Shown piece after piece: positions 19,647-29,216 of a DNA stretch of 64,000 nucleotides. The translations under genes and the position numbers were made by a program. Position 1 is the stretch's first letter. Every line of letters starts with the position of its first letter. The notes beneath the pieces were generated by a model. That model worked only from the letters and a program-made list of their open reading frames with translations. It was not told where the DNA came from and did not search any database. Origin of the DNA: an uncultured Candidatus Saccharibacteria bacterium (GTDB lineage: Bacteria; Patescibacteriota; Saccharimonadia; Saccharimonadales; Saccharimonadaceae); NCBI GenBank assembly GCA_964444615.1, contig CAYUHY010000002.1, positions 4,469 to 68,468 of the forward strand, given 5' to 3'.

Positions 19647-20588
19647 ATGTTTCGGCACCTACGCAATCGACTGATTTTTATTAATTTAGCCGTAACCACC
19701 TTGGTGTTGCTTTTGGCTTTTTCGTTGATTTACGTAGTTGCACAAGAAGGCGCGCAACGCCGCAAAACAATTTCGGCTGATATTATACCAGGCTACACCC
19801 AAATTGTGATTCAGGCGGTGAACGAACGGGTTTTGGCGGAGCGCGATGAAGCGTTAAACTCGTTACTGGTTTCTTTAATTATCGTAGGGCTTTCTGTAGA
19901 GGTAGCAGTGGCAGTTTTGTCCTATATTCTAGCCGAGGCTTCGATTCGGCCAGTCAAAGAAGCTTACGAAACTCAAAAAGTTTTTATTGCCAATGCTAGT
20001 CACGAGATGAAAACCCCAATTGCTGCAATTATGGCAAATTTGGAAGTGGCAGATATTCAAGATAATCCTTGGATTGATAATGTTACGCATGAAGTGGAGG
20101 CATTGGCTAGTCTCAATAGTGATCTTCTGGCTTTGGCGCGAGTAGAAAATGCCATGAGCATTGCAAAAACTCCTGAAACGGTGATTTTAAAAGATTATGT
20201 AGAATCTTTGATTGCACCTTTTCGACCGCGCATTAAAACTCAGCAAGTAGATTTTGAATTAAAAACGCAACTAAAATCGGGCAAAGTCAAGCTGGTAAAA
20301 TGCGATTTCGGGCAAATTGTTTCTATTCTGCTCGATAATGCCCTCAAATATTGCGATAAGCAGATCAAAATTACTTTGACTGCTAAGAGCTTCGTGATCG
20401 AAAATGATGGTAAAACCATTGCTGCAAAAGATCTTCCGCATATTTTTGACCGTTTTTACCAAACCGACAAAAGCAGCGAGGGCGTAGGGCTGGGTCTCGC
20501 AATTGCAAAAACTATTGCCGATCACGAGGGCTGGAAATTAACCGCCGTCTCGGATGCTACAACTTCTACTTTTACGCTCGAGTTTTAG
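19647..20588 (+). CDS. Sensor histidine kinase
   Basis: Two TM segments, H-box FIANASHEMKTPI, and a C-terminal HATPase (DRFYQTD...GLGLAI). Confidence 0.8.
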   Translation: MFRHLRNRLIFINLAVTTLVLLLAFSLIYVVAQEGAQRRKTISADIIPGYTQIVIQAVNERVLAERDEALNSLLVSLIIVGLSVEVAVAVLSYILAEASIRPVKEAYETQKVFIANASHEMKTPIAAIMANLEVADIQDNPWIDNVTHEVEALASLNSDLLALARVENAMSIAKTPETVILKDYVESLIAPFRPRIKTQQVDFELKTQLKSGKVKLVKCDFGQIVSILLDNALKYCDKQIKITLTAKSFVIENDGKTIAAKDLPHIFDRFYQTDKSSEGVGLGLAIAKTIADHEGWKLTAVSDATTSTFTLEF

Positions 20589-20705
20589 AGCTTAGTTTCT
20601 TGCAGTTCAAAAGTATTTTTCCCAGTTCAAAAGTACTGCATTTAGTTCTTCCGTCCCACAAAAATCTCCGCCCAAAAGCAGTGAATTTATTTCTGCTATC
20701 TTAAA

Positions 20706-22499
20706 TTAGTTTTCTTCCATAAAAGCACCGGATTGGCGCGCCCAAAGTTGATGATAGGTGCCGTCGGGTTTTTCTAGCAATTCTTGATGTTTTCCCTGCT
20801 CGACAATTTTACCATTTTCTAATACCACGATGCGATCAAGATTAGCCACGGTAGAAAGGCGATGCGCAATTACCACGCTAGTGCGCCCAGTCATCAAAGT
20901 ATTTAAAGCATCCTGGATCAAGGCTTCCGATTCTGAGTCGAGTGCCGAAGTAGCTTCGTCCAAGACGAGAATTGGAGCGTCCTTGAGGATAGCGCGCGCA
21001 ATTGCTATACGTTGGCGTTGCCCACCGGATAATTTAATGCCGCGTTCGCCAACCAAAGTTTCGTAACCGTCAGGAAGCTCCATAATAAAATCATGCGCAT
21101 TGGCTAACTTTGCTGCTCGCTGGATCTGTTCGGGGGTAGCGTCGGGATCACCATAAGCAATATTTTCGGCAATGGTACGATGGAAGAGCGCCGTCTCTTG
21201 GGGCACATAAGCAATGTTTTCGCGCAGACTTTTTTGAGTGAGGTGTTTAATGTTTTGGCCAGCAATAGTAATCTCCCCGGTATCCACATCCGCAAAGCGG
21301 AGCAATAATTTGGTCAAAGTAGTTTTGCCGGATCCAGACATTCCCACCAAACCAATCCGCTCGCCAGGTTTGACTTCAAGATTAAAATGCTCAAAAATTG
21401 GCGTTTTAGCATCTTGATGTTGAAAAGTAATATCGTTGAAGGAAATATCGGTATTCTCCAGCTCCAAAGGTTGGGCGTCGCGCGCATCCACCACATCGTC
21501 CACGGTATCAAGAATCAAGGTCATGTCGTGCGCATCGCCAAATGCGCGGTTAATGTTTTTGAAGATATGGGTAATGCTCCAGAGCTCACCCTGAATACTT
21601 TGGGTATAATTTACAATCAAAATCAAAGTTGCCACCGAAATTCCTAGCCAATCACGCCCCACGATTAAGAAGATCAAAATTAATGCCGTAATTCCTACTT
21701 GCACGGAGCTAAACATAATGTCTTGCCGGATAGTTGCGGTCATCAACTTTTGTCCCGCAGCAAAATTATTATGCGCAAATTTGGAATAACGTGATTTTTC
21801 GTGTATCTCTTTGGCATAGGATTTTACCGAAATGATGTTAGAAATAGAGTCAGCCAACTGACCGGTTTGCTTAGCCTCGGCCGCCGCTTCTTCTTCGTTG
21901 AGATGACTAATCCTCCGAAAACAGAGTCCAGCGATAGTAGCATAAATAAGTACAAACGCTATTAGGCCCACGGCATACCACGGCACTTGCGGAGCTAGCA
22001 CACATACTACCATGATGACATAGGTTGATGTTGGCCAGAGATCCCAAATAAAGACATCTACAAGACGCTCAAAGGAATTAACAAATTTATTGGTCTGCGA
22101 AACCAACGATCCAGAGAAGCGGTCGCTATGAAACTGCATTGATTGCTCAGAAATGACGTCAAAGCACAAATTTGCCAAATCATACATTGCCATCAGCTCC
22201 ATTTTCCAGCACCAATAGAGACGCAGTTCTTCTAATATAACTTTGCTGATAATGTAAAGCAGTATGAAAAATATTACTTCGCCGAGGGCGACATTAAGTA
22301 GCTCACCTAAGGATAGACCTTGAGAGACTTTTTCGATCAAATCAGCACAAATCAGAGGCGCCAAAACCGCCCGAATAAATACCACCACGGGCGTCACAAT
22401 AAAGGCGCCCAGAGCATACCATTTATACTTGACTAATTCGCGCCAAAAATAGTGCATTGTGCGCCAAGTCGTTGATTTTTGAGCCGAATTTTTACCCAT
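20706..22499 (-). CDS. ABC exporter, fused permease/ATPase (MsbA/MDR-like)
   Basis: 597 aa. Walker A GMSGSGKTT, signature LSGGQRQR, Walker B ILVLDEATS, and an N-terminal 6-TM domain. Confidence 0.85.
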   Translation of the reverse strand: MGKNSAQKSTTWRTMHYFWRELVKYKWYALGAFIVTPVVVFIRAVLAPLICADLIEKVSQGLSLGELLNVALGEVIFFILLYIISKVILEELRLYWCWKMELMAMYDLANLCFDVISEQSMQFHSDRFSGSLVSQTNKFVNSFERLVDVFIWDLWPTSTYVIMVVCVLAPQVPWYAVGLIAFVLIYATIAGLCFRRISHLNEEEAAAEAKQTGQLADSISNIISVKSYAKEIHEKSRYSKFAHNNFAAGQKLMTATIRQDIMFSSVQVGITALILIFLIVGRDWLGISVATLILIVNYTQSIQGELWSITHIFKNINRAFGDAHDMTLILDTVDDVVDARDAQPLELENTDISFNDITFQHQDAKTPIFEHFNLEVKPGERIGLVGMSGSGKTTLTKLLLRFADVDTGEITIAGQNIKHLTQKSLRENIAYVPQETALFHRTIAENIAYGDPDATPEQIQRAAKLANAHDFIMELPDGYETLVGERGIKLSGGQRQRIAIARAILKDAPILVLDEATSALDSESEALIQDALNTLMTGRTSVVIAHRLSTVANLDRIVVLENGKIVEQGKHQELLEKPDGTYHQLWARQSGAFMEEN

Positions 22500-22506
22500 G
22501 TTAAAT

Positions 22507-22535
22507 ATTATAATCAGAAAATTCCCCTATGTCAA
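22507..22535 (-). promoter_or_regulatory. Promoter of the ABC exporter (leaderless)
   Basis: On the - strand: TTGACA, 17 nt, TATAAT. ATG 22499 follows 7 nt after the -10. Confidence 0.6.
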
Positions 22536-22588
22536 TGAAGTTATAGAAAACAGGAAGTCTATCCAGAAAAGACCTTCTCTAGGTATAA

Positions 22589-22609
22589 ATGTTGTAAAAA
22601 TTACAACAT
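22589..22609. repeat. Palindrome family copy P2
   Basis: ATGTTGTAAAAATTACAACAT lies in the divergent promoter region between the ABC exporter and orphan B. Confidence 0.9.
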
Positions 22610-22646
22610 TTTAATTGACAATATAGCCAGATTAAGCATAAAAGTA

Positions 22647-22675
22647 TTGACTTTTTCGCTAATCTGTGATACAAT
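22647..22675 (+). promoter_or_regulatory. Promoter of orphan gene B
   Basis: TTGACT, 17 nt, TGTGATACAAT. It implies a ~136-nt 5' UTR. Confidence 0.6.
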
Positions 22676-22732
22676 AGAGATATATAGGTAAAACTATATC
22701 GTACTTTATGAGATTGATTTACTTCTGAGGTT

Positions 22733-22781
22733 GTTTCTGCCCTAATTGTTTATCTAAAGGGTGGATAATTAGGGCGGAAAC
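22733..22781 (+). promoter_or_regulatory. 15-bp stem hairpin in the 5' UTR of orphan B
   Basis: GTTTCTGCCCTAATT ... AATTAGGGCGGAAAC (one G-U) with a 19-nt loop containing GTGGAT. It lies 37 nt upstream of the ATG. Confidence 0.6.
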
Positions 22782-22817
22782 AGCGAAATTCGCCGAATAT
22801 TTGAAAGGAGGGAGCTT

Positions 22818-23750
22818 ATGAGCTTCCAGAGAGAACTTGCAGAAAAACTCAGCGTAAAAACCGGCTGCAAAATTACCGAGGAGCATATCCACTCCGACAA
22901 TCCCGGCTATCACTATTATATTCGGGATTTGCAGTCCGAGCATCCCCTGTTCCTCATCCACTACCGGACGGTGCCGATGTGCATCCTGCCCGACGCCGAC
23001 TTCCAGCGGCTCAGCATTGGTCAGATCACGCCTGAAGATTACATTGATCAGGCACGGTGGTCTTACGGCCGCTACTGGGGTGGCGGGTCTTTGCTGGGTG
23101 GTATCTACTGGCAGCCGTTGGAAGATACGCGCGGCATTCATGACACCGCTACGATCAGTCGCTACCTGCAGATTCTGATGTGCAGAACCCTTGCGCATTC
23201 CTCCGGCTATCGCCCGACTACCACTGTTTGCTGTAACTGCAAGCTGGACTCTACTACCTGCCCGCTCTCGGCAATGAACTTGACTGGAGATTGGGCTACT
23301 GAGATCCAGGAGCCGGACGCTCGCGTGGAATTGCTCAAAGTTTTGCAGCACTGGCTGGACGTGGAGTATGGGTTCGAGAAGGTGTATACCGTCCTGACCC
23401 ACCGCGGCAAGATCAACGAAGTGCACTTGATGCCTCCCGCCAATCGGTCCGAAGATTGCGTCACCTTAGTCATCAGCACGGCCTTGCATAACGCCATGCT
23501 CGATAAGACGATTGACGTGCGCGTTTTGGATCAGCTGGTGCGCAGCTTCAAGTTTAAGACGGGTCAGGGCTTCCCCAAAACCACTGCACTGGCGGAAATT
23601 CCGTCCGATGTGGTAGACCCGCACCAGTTCTGCCTGGACTGCTGGGGTTTCTCGGAGGATGAAGACTTGACGTGCACTGACGAGGATAGCCAGGCAAATG
23701 ATGATAACCATCCGTTGTTCGGCTGGCTGCATCGCTTGGTGAAGAAGTAA
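22818..23750 (+). CDS. Hypothetical protein, orphan cassette B (310 aa), G+C-rich, Cys-containing
   Basis: GGAGGGAG RBS. CCNCKLDSTTC and FCLDCWGF cysteine clusters. Acidic tail. I recognise no family. Confidence 0.6.
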   Translation: MSFQRELAEKLSVKTGCKITEEHIHSDNPGYHYYIRDLQSEHPLFLIHYRTVPMCILPDADFQRLSIGQITPEDYIDQARWSYGRYWGGGSLLGGIYWQPLEDTRGIHDTATISRYLQILMCRTLAHSSGYRPTTTVCCNCKLDSTTCPLSAMNLTGDWATEIQEPDARVELLKVLQHWLDVEYGFEKVYTVLTHRGKINEVHLMPPANRSEDCVTLVISTALHNAMLDKTIDVRVLDQLVRSFKFKTGQGFPKTTALAEIPSDVVDPHQFCLDCWGFSEDEDLTCTDEDSQANDDNHPLFGWLHRLVKK

Positions 23751-23762
23751 TCAACTCAGACG

Positions 23763-23796
23763 ACCGCCGGTATTCAAACCGGCGGTTTTCTTTTTC
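23763..23796 (+). terminator. Terminator of orphan B (also sits just past the convergent glyQS stop)
   Basis: ACCGCCGGT-ATTCAA-ACCGGCGGT followed by TTTTCTTTTT. Confidence 0.75.
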
Positions 23797-23813
23797 CTTG
23801 AAATTTTCTCTTA

Positions 23814-25127
23814 TTAAAGCTCTGCGATCTTGATGCGCTCTTGCTCAGTGGTATCGCGGTCGCGGACGGTCACCGTGTCATCTTCCAGTGTATCAAAGTC
23901 AATCACGACGCATTTTGGCGTGCCGATTTCGTCTTGCTTTTTGTAGCGCTTACCGATATTGCCGGAATCATCCCACGTCACAAAGGTATATTTATCTTTG
24001 AGCTGACGATAAACCTCTTGAGCTTTTTGGACTAGCTCGGGTTTGTTCTTTAACAAAGGTGAGACGCAAAAACGATATGGCGCCAAGTTTTCTGGCAGGG
24101 CCAAAACGATACGGTCGCCATCTTCACGATAGGCAGCAGTTAGAACGGCTAAGAACAGGCGCTCAACACCGATCGAAGGCTCGATGACGTGCGGAATGAA
24201 GGTTTCGCCGGTATTTTTGTCACGATATTCCATGGATTTACCAGATTCACGTTGAATATTACTGAGGTCGAAATCCGTACGATAGGCTAAGCCCATTAAT
24301 TCTTCTTCGCCATTCGGGTAGTCAAACATCATATCAATCGTACGCTTAGAGTAATGCGCGCGATCTTCAGCTGGTACATCATAATCGTGGATCATAGCTG
24401 GAGGCAAACCAATAATTTCTTCGAGGAAAGCGTGTTGCAAAGCACGCATTTTTTCAAACTCAGCTTCCCAAGTATCCGGATGGATAAAGTATTCTATTTC
24501 CATCTGAACGCATTCGCGATCGCGCAAGATAAAATCGCGCGGGGAGATTTCGTTGCGAAAAGCTTTACCTTGTTGCGCAATACCAAAAGGGATACTTGGA
24601 TAAATCGTATCTACCACATTTTTGTAATTAGTGAAGATTCCCTGCGCGGTTTCCGGACGAAGATAAGCGATGCTCGAATCATCTTCTACGGGGCCTACAT
24701 GGGTCTGGAACATCATGTTGAACTTTTTGATCTCGCTCCAATTTTGCTTGTGGCAGGTAGGACATTTCGGATTAATTTGCAAAAACTCTTCGGTAGTAAT
24801 ACTTTCGGTGGCACCATCAACTAATTTGTCGGCGCGAAAACGACCATGGCATTCTTTACATTCTACGAGAGGGTCGGCAAAAGTAGCTACATGCCCTGAA
24901 GCCTCCCAGGTGCGGGGATTCATAATAATCGCCGCATCTACACCATAAATATCGTCGCGCTGATCAACCCAAAAGTTCCACCATGCTTGCATAATTTTGC
25001 GCTTAAGCATGACACCCAGAGGGCCAAAATCCCATGTACCAGCCATGCCGCCATAAACATCCGACCCTGGAAAAATAAATCCGCGTCGTTTACATAAACT
25101 TACAATGTCTTCTAATTTCTTTCCCAT
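23814..25127 (-). CDS. glyQS: Glycine--tRNA ligase (dimeric alpha2 type)
   Basis: MGKKLEDIVSLCKRRGFIFPGSDVYGG and FRNEISPR motifs. The start is set at ATG 25127, 10 nt after TGTGCTATAAT. Confidence 0.85.
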   Translation of the reverse strand: MGKKLEDIVSLCKRRGFIFPGSDVYGGMAGTWDFGPLGVMLKRKIMQAWWNFWVDQRDDIYGVDAAIIMNPRTWEASGHVATFADPLVECKECHGRFRADKLVDGATESITTEEFLQINPKCPTCHKQNWSEIKKFNMMFQTHVGPVEDDSSIAYLRPETAQGIFTNYKNVVDTIYPSIPFGIAQQGKAFRNEISPRDFILRDRECVQMEIEYFIHPDTWEAEFEKMRALQHAFLEEIIGLPPAMIHDYDVPAEDRAHYSKRTIDMMFDYPNGEEELMGLAYRTDFDLSNIQRESGKSMEYRDKNTGETFIPHVIEPSIGVERLFLAVLTAAYREDGDRIVLALPENLAPYRFCVSPLLKNKPELVQKAQEVYRQLKDKYTFVTWDDSGNIGKRYKKQDEIGTPKCVVIDFDTLEDDTVTVRDRDTTEQERIKIAEL

Positions 25128-25137
25128 AATTCTTACT

Positions 25138-25149
25138 ATTATAGCACAG
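25138..25149 (-). promoter_or_regulatory. Extended -10 promoter of glyQS (leaderless)
   Basis: CTGTGCTATAAT on the - strand. Confidence 0.55.
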
Positions 25150-25272
25150 TTTAGCAAACAGGATAGTACAAAACTAAGCAGAGTTTGTTAGCGCATGATA
25201 ATGTTATTATTGACATAGGGAAATGCCACGCAAAGCGGGTTGTTTTTAAGCTTAGGGCTTTTTGATTTCAAA

Positions 25273-25935
25273 TCATCTTTTTGCGATCGGCGTCAAGACG
25301 GTTAGCATTTGTTCGACTGCTTGCACGCGGCTAATGAGTGTCAGCTTACTAGTTAAGCATAATCTAGCTAGTTTAATGGCTGGGGCGGTAATATTGCCTT
25401 GAGGATGAGCGCGCAAGGCCTGCTCCGTGCTATCCCAAAAATAGCGACTGTCTTTTTCTAAAACATTGCCGTCGACATCCCGAATGAGGTTGATTTCTTC
25501 CCCTACGGCTTGGAGCATTTGCAAATCAAACCAAAATTTAATAATACTTGGATCGGTGCTTTTATTTAATTCGGCGAGGACTTGCTCGAGAATGCTAAAA
25601 AAATCTGGATTGTCGGTCTGTTCAGAGGCGCGTTCGATTTTGCGTAATGCTTCGGAAGCAAGCTCAACCTTGGCTAAGTCGGTCATAATATTGCCGTAGA
25701 ATCGTAGCATTTTTGCGCTCGTGAGAGTGCCGAGCTCGCTTCTGCCCTGATGTATGACAATATCGGCTACGGTAAATAGCTCAATCCCGCCCGCCAGACG
25801 TGATTTTTCTTTGCGCACACCGCGCGCTAGGACGGCGTATTTTCCTTCGGGTGTAATGATATTCAAAATACGATCACTTTCACCGTAATTAGTGCGCCTT
25901 AGTACAATCCCCTGAGTACGTAAATCATGCGGCAT
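25273..25935 (-). CDS. recO: DNA repair protein RecO
   Basis: N-terminal OB-fold signature TQGIVLRRTNYGESDRILNIITPEGK. ATG 25935 is preferred over the upstream GTG. It overlaps the receiver gene stop by 11 nt. Confidence 0.75.
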   Translation of the reverse strand: MPHDLRTQGIVLRRTNYGESDRILNIITPEGKYAVLARGVRKEKSRLAGGIELFTVADIVIHQGRSELGTLTSAKMLRFYGNIMTDLAKVELASEALRKIERASEQTDNPDFFSILEQVLAELNKSTDPSIIKFWFDLQMLQAVGEEINLIRDVDGNVLEKDSRYFWDSTEQALRAHPQGNITAPAIKLARLCLTSKLTLISRVQAVEQMLTVLTPIAKR

Positions 25936-26293
25936 GGGCCAGAACCTCACTGACGCTCGTGTTAATCATAGCTGGTGTCATACTTTCTTTTTGCAAAATT
26001 TTGTGCACGCCATAATGTTTTAAGTTGTTTGACTGTAAATTTAAAGACGTAATGATTATAATGGGAATTTTGGCGGTGTCGTCATAAGAAGATAACTCAT
26101 TCAAAAAACTAAAACCATCTGGCCCGTCCAATAAAATATCGAGAATGATTAAATCGGGAATTTGCTCGTTTAGACTGTTCATGGCCACAATTGCATTAGA
26201 AAAATAACTTATAGTGCAATCAGGAAGTTTAATTGCACGCGTAATACATTCGGCCATAATTTCGTCATCGTCAATCAGCATAATTTGAGTCAT
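25925..26293 (-). CDS. Stand-alone response-regulator receiver domain (CheY-like)
   Basis: 122 aa. LIDDDE...DLIILDILLDGPDG. No output domain. AGGAGA RBS. Confidence 0.75.
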   Translation of the reverse strand: MTQIMLIDDDEIMAECITRAIKLPDCTISYFSNAIVAMNSLNEQIPDLIILDILLDGPDGFSFLNELSSYDDTAKIPIIIITSLNLQSNNLKHYGVHKILQKESMTPAMINTSVSEVLAHAA

Positions 26294-26302
26294 TAAATTC
26301 TC

Positions 26303-27052
26303 CTAAAATAAACAAGCTTGCTGAGAAATTGGTAAATCGACATAAAAACTTGTACCATCACGATGCCGCACTGCGCCCAGCTGAGCATGCATATATTCTG
26401 CAAAACGCGAAGAAATATAAAGTCCTAAGCCCGAGCTACCGGCGCGCATGCTAATATTGGTTGGCTGGTCCAGTTTGCCGTGATTGAGTTCTCGCCAAAT
26501 ATTAGCTGGCAAAGCTGGGCCATAATCGCGCACAGCAATCCGAATTCGGCTTTTGGCGTCGCTAATACTCAAAGTGCTGGAAGCCTCATCGTCGGAATAG
26601 CGCATAGCATTGACGCAGAAATTATAAACCACACTATATAATAATTCTCCATTGGCAATAGCAAGTTTTTGATGGTTAGAATATTTGAGTTGTAATTTTT
26701 TACGCGTGTAACCAAAAAGTGGAGTAATGTCACGAGCGACTGCTTCACAAACGCCCCGCACACTAACTGGTTCCATCACAAAGAGCCCATCTTCTAGTCT
26801 AGCGATTTTGGTTAAATCGTTTACATGCAGCAAGGCACGCTCAGAGACATTGACCATTTGAGCACAAATTCGTGCCCGCTGAGCGTCTTGCTGATTATTG
26901 TGGAGTTGGTCAGAAGTTTCATGGATGTCGGATGATTGCGAATCTGCAGGATATTGAAGTTCTTGGAGCGACAAAGCTAATTGTCGCATCAGACTTAAGG
27001 GCGCTTTGAGCTCGTGCGCCGCCACCAGTACCCCATTTACCTCTCTTGTCAT
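26303..27052 (-). CDS. Soluble histidine kinase (no TM or sensor domain)
   Basis: 249 aa. H-box VAAHELKAPLS and a C-terminal HATPase (GSSGLGLYI). ATG lies 6 nt after TGCTATAAT (27059-27070). Confidence 0.7.
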   Translation of the reverse strand: MTREVNGVLVAAHELKAPLSLMRQLALSLQELQYPADSQSSDIHETSDQLHNNQQDAQRARICAQMVNVSERALLHVNDLTKIARLEDGLFVMEPVSVRGVCEAVARDITPLFGYTRKKLQLKYSNHQKLAIANGELLYSVVYNFCVNAMRYSDDEASSTLSISDAKSRIRIAVRDYGPALPANIWRELNHGKLDQPTNISMRAGSSGLGLYISSRFAEYMHAQLGAVRHRDGTSFYVDLPISQQACLF

Positions 27053-27133
27053 GGTTTAATTATAGCACGCTTCAGCGGTGATATTGAGAAAACTAGAAAA
27101 GAAAGTGAGGAGGTTGCGCTTGATTAGTTAGGT

Positions 27134-27928
27134 TTATTCTACTAATTTAACGGTTTCGAGGACACGATAGAAGTCGTCTAGGAAAGTCTCGGCGTCAGTT
27201 TGTAGCATAACGGTCTTGTCACGTAATTTGAGAATCATAATAGCACCGCGCATATTGGTAGCTAATTCGCCCGTGTAAATATTAGCGAGGACGCCGCCCA
27301 CCATTTCGGTGCGCAAAGCAAGTTTACCGTTTTTGATTTGGCTCTCGTAACCACGTACGACAGAATCGAAAGAAGTATCACGAATACGCATCCGCAGCGC
27401 GTTAATAGAAGTAGCGCTAACTGGATTAACTTCACCAGGGTTAAAATAAGCTTCAAAATCACCGCCGCCTACAGCATCTTTGGCAACATAAACACTCCAA
27501 GTTTGCGGATACTGGAAAGAAAAGCTACCATAATCAGCTGGACCCATAAAATCTTTGTAAGGGAATTTTTCGCGTTCGGCAAATTCGGCTTCAAGCTCGG
27601 TAGTTTTGGCTTCAATTGCTACCGCAACGGCACTTTCGATTTGGCTGTCTACATTGGTAGAAATTGCGTCCCATTCAATGTATTTTTGAATATAAAGCCA
27701 GATGAATAATACGGCAATTAGGCTAACAATCACAAGCAAAATAGTTTCGATCAGAGTATTGTGGCTTTTTTTCTGCTCGGTAGGAGCTTTGGGTGCCGTA
27801 GAAGTTAATTGCGCACCAGTATTAAGTGGAGCTGCACCAGCGGCGGACGGTGCAAATTGCGGCTGCGAAGCTGGTTCGATCATGCTACCGGTAGGCGTAG
27901 GATTGTTTTGCATACTTTTATTGTACAT
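27134..27928 (-). CDS. Hypothetical membrane-anchored extracytoplasmic protein
   Basis: Pro/Ala/Thr-rich N-terminus, a single TM, and a ~180-aa C-terminal domain. Start choice among 27931 (TTG), 27928 and 27913 is uncertain. Confidence 0.5.
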   Translation of the reverse strand: MYNKSMQNNPTPTGSMIEPASQPQFAPSAAGAAPLNTGAQLTSTAPKAPTEQKKSHNTLIETILLVIVSLIAVLFIWLYIQKYIEWDAISTNVDSQIESAVAVAIEAKTTELEAEFAEREKFPYKDFMGPADYGSFSFQYPQTWSVYVAKDAVGGGDFEAYFNPGEVNPVSATSINALRMRIRDTSFDSVVRGYESQIKNGKLALRTEMVGGVLANIYTGELATNMRGAIMILKLRDKTVMLQTDAETFLDDFYRVLETVKLVE

Positions 27929-27934
27929 CAAACT

Positions 27935-28141
27935 TTAGCTTTTTGTAAAGTCTTCTACGATTTCAATTTGGTTTTTTAGTTCTGCCAAGTCGTGCTGGAT
28001 TTCGCAAGCCAGCTCGGTAGCTTGTTGATATTTTTTCAGAGCTTTGTCTAAAGTAAAGTCATCGCTATAAAACCACTCTACGGCTTCATCTAGTTCGGTG
28101 ATTTTTTTATTGATGGTTTTCTTGGTCTCGGTCTTGGACAT
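27935..28141 (-). CDS. xseB: Exodeoxyribonuclease VII small subunit
   Basis: 68 aa. ELDEAVEWF...LDKALKKYQQATELA helical hairpin. It overlaps the xseA 3' end by 35 nt. Confidence 0.75.
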   Translation of the reverse strand: MSKTETKKTINKKITELDEAVEWFYSDDFTLDKALKKYQQATELACEIQHDLAELKNQIEIVEDFTKS

Positions 28142-29216
28142 CTTTTACCTCCGCTTTAATTAAGTGTCGCATTGTCAGAATTTGTAGTTCTTGGCCAGTA
28201 AGGATTTTACCAGTTACGATGGCATAGCCACGCGCTAAAACATTTTCGGGATTGAGACTTTGGAGAATCTTTTGGGTTTCGTCAAGATGTTGCGCGGTTT
28301 TTTCGATCTGTAGCAAAATCTGATTTTTAATTTCCTTGAGGCGAGCTTCGAGCTCTTTACCAGAATGGTCGATTTGGGTCAAAATCGTACGACGTAAATT
28401 TTCTAGATTAAGATTAATCCGTTGTAAGATTTCCCGGCGGTCAAAAGTCAGGCGCTCGGCAGCATTAGATGGAGTGGAAGCGCGGACATCGGCAGCCAAA
28501 TCCGCCAAACTTTCGTCTACTTCGTGACCAATTCCAGTCATAACCGGGATGCGACTTGCTGCAATTGCCCGAGCCATACCCTCGTCGTTAAAAGCTGCGA
28601 GGTCGTCCGCACTACCTCCGCCGCGTATGATTACAATTGCCTCGACTTCGGCTCGCACATTGTAATATTCGAGAGCGCGGATAATTTGTTCTGGTGCAGC
28701 CAAACCTTGAACTTGCGTATTAATCATCTGAATCACCATTCCACCCCAGCGATTGCTGATAATTTTGATAAAATCGTGATATCCGGCGGCACCGGTAGAA
28801 GAAATTACTCCAATTTTATGCAAACCGGGCTCAATTACCCGTTTGCGAGCCGGATCAAAAAGCCCCTCGGCAGTTAATTTCTTTTTCAGCAGCTCAAAAC
28901 TTTTCTTGATACTTCCCTCTCCCATCGGCATAACTTGACGTACGGTGAGAGAAAATTTGCCCCACTTGGTCAATTTAGGGGTAGCGCGCACCCGTACTTT
29001 CATACCGTCCGTGAGAGCGACTCTCAGCTGAGAAATCACCATAAAACAATTTACACTGGCTTCCCCTTCTTTGAGATCGAAAAAGACCCATTTACCTTGA
29101 TTAACCTTAAAGCTTGCCACCTCGCCTTCAATCACGAGATCAGGAAAAGCGTAGTCTAAAGTTTGATTACAAATCTCGACAAACTGAGAAACGGTTAAGC
29201 TAACTTCATTCGTCAT
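28107..29216 (-). CDS. xseA: Exodeoxyribonuclease VII large subunit
   Basis: N-terminal OB fold (VIEGEVASFKVNQGKWVFFDLKE) and catalytic region (RGGGS.DDL, TGIGHEVD). Start set at ATG 29216. Confidence 0.85.
   Translation of the reverse strand: MTNEVSLTVSQFVEICNQTLDYAFPDLVIEGEVASFKVNQGKWVFFDLKEGEASVNCFMVISQLRVALTDGMKVRVRATPKLTKWGKFSLTVRQVMPMGEGSIKKSFELLKKKLTAEGLFDPARKRVIEPGLHKIGVISSTGAAGYHDFIKIISNRWGGMVIQMINTQVQGLAAPEQIIRALEYYNVRAEVEAIVIIRGGGSADDLAAFNDEGMARAIAASRIPVMTGIGHEVDESLADLAADVRASTPSNAAERLTFDRREILQRINLNLENLRRTILTQIDHSGKELEARLKEIKNQILLQIEKTAQHLDETQKILQSLNPENVLARGYAIVTGKILTGQELQILTMRHLIKAEVKDVQDRDQENHQ

Noticed and set aside
22750-22765. DnaA-box-like GGTGGATAA (possible origin)
   Set aside because: It is a single imperfect copy located in the loop of the orphan B leader hairpin. 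There is no cluster of boxes, AT-rich unwinding element or dnaA/dnaN nearby.
22719-23426. Long antisense ORFs inside the G+C-rich cassettes (2085..2660 -, 22719..23426 -, 38299..38907 +, 56463..57083 +, 54334..54757 both strands, 57402..57875 -)
   Set aside because: These are shadow ORFs typical of higher-G+C coding DNA. They lack RBS and promoter signals, and they overlap better-supported genes that have promoters, RBSs and terminators.
23763-23796. tRNA-like GGTATTCAAACCGG sequence
   Set aside because: It is the loop of a simple 9-bp terminator hairpin. There is no acceptor stem, D-arm or T-arm. I found no tRNA-like cloverleaf or GGTTCGAATCC-type T-loop anywhere in the ORF-free gaps.
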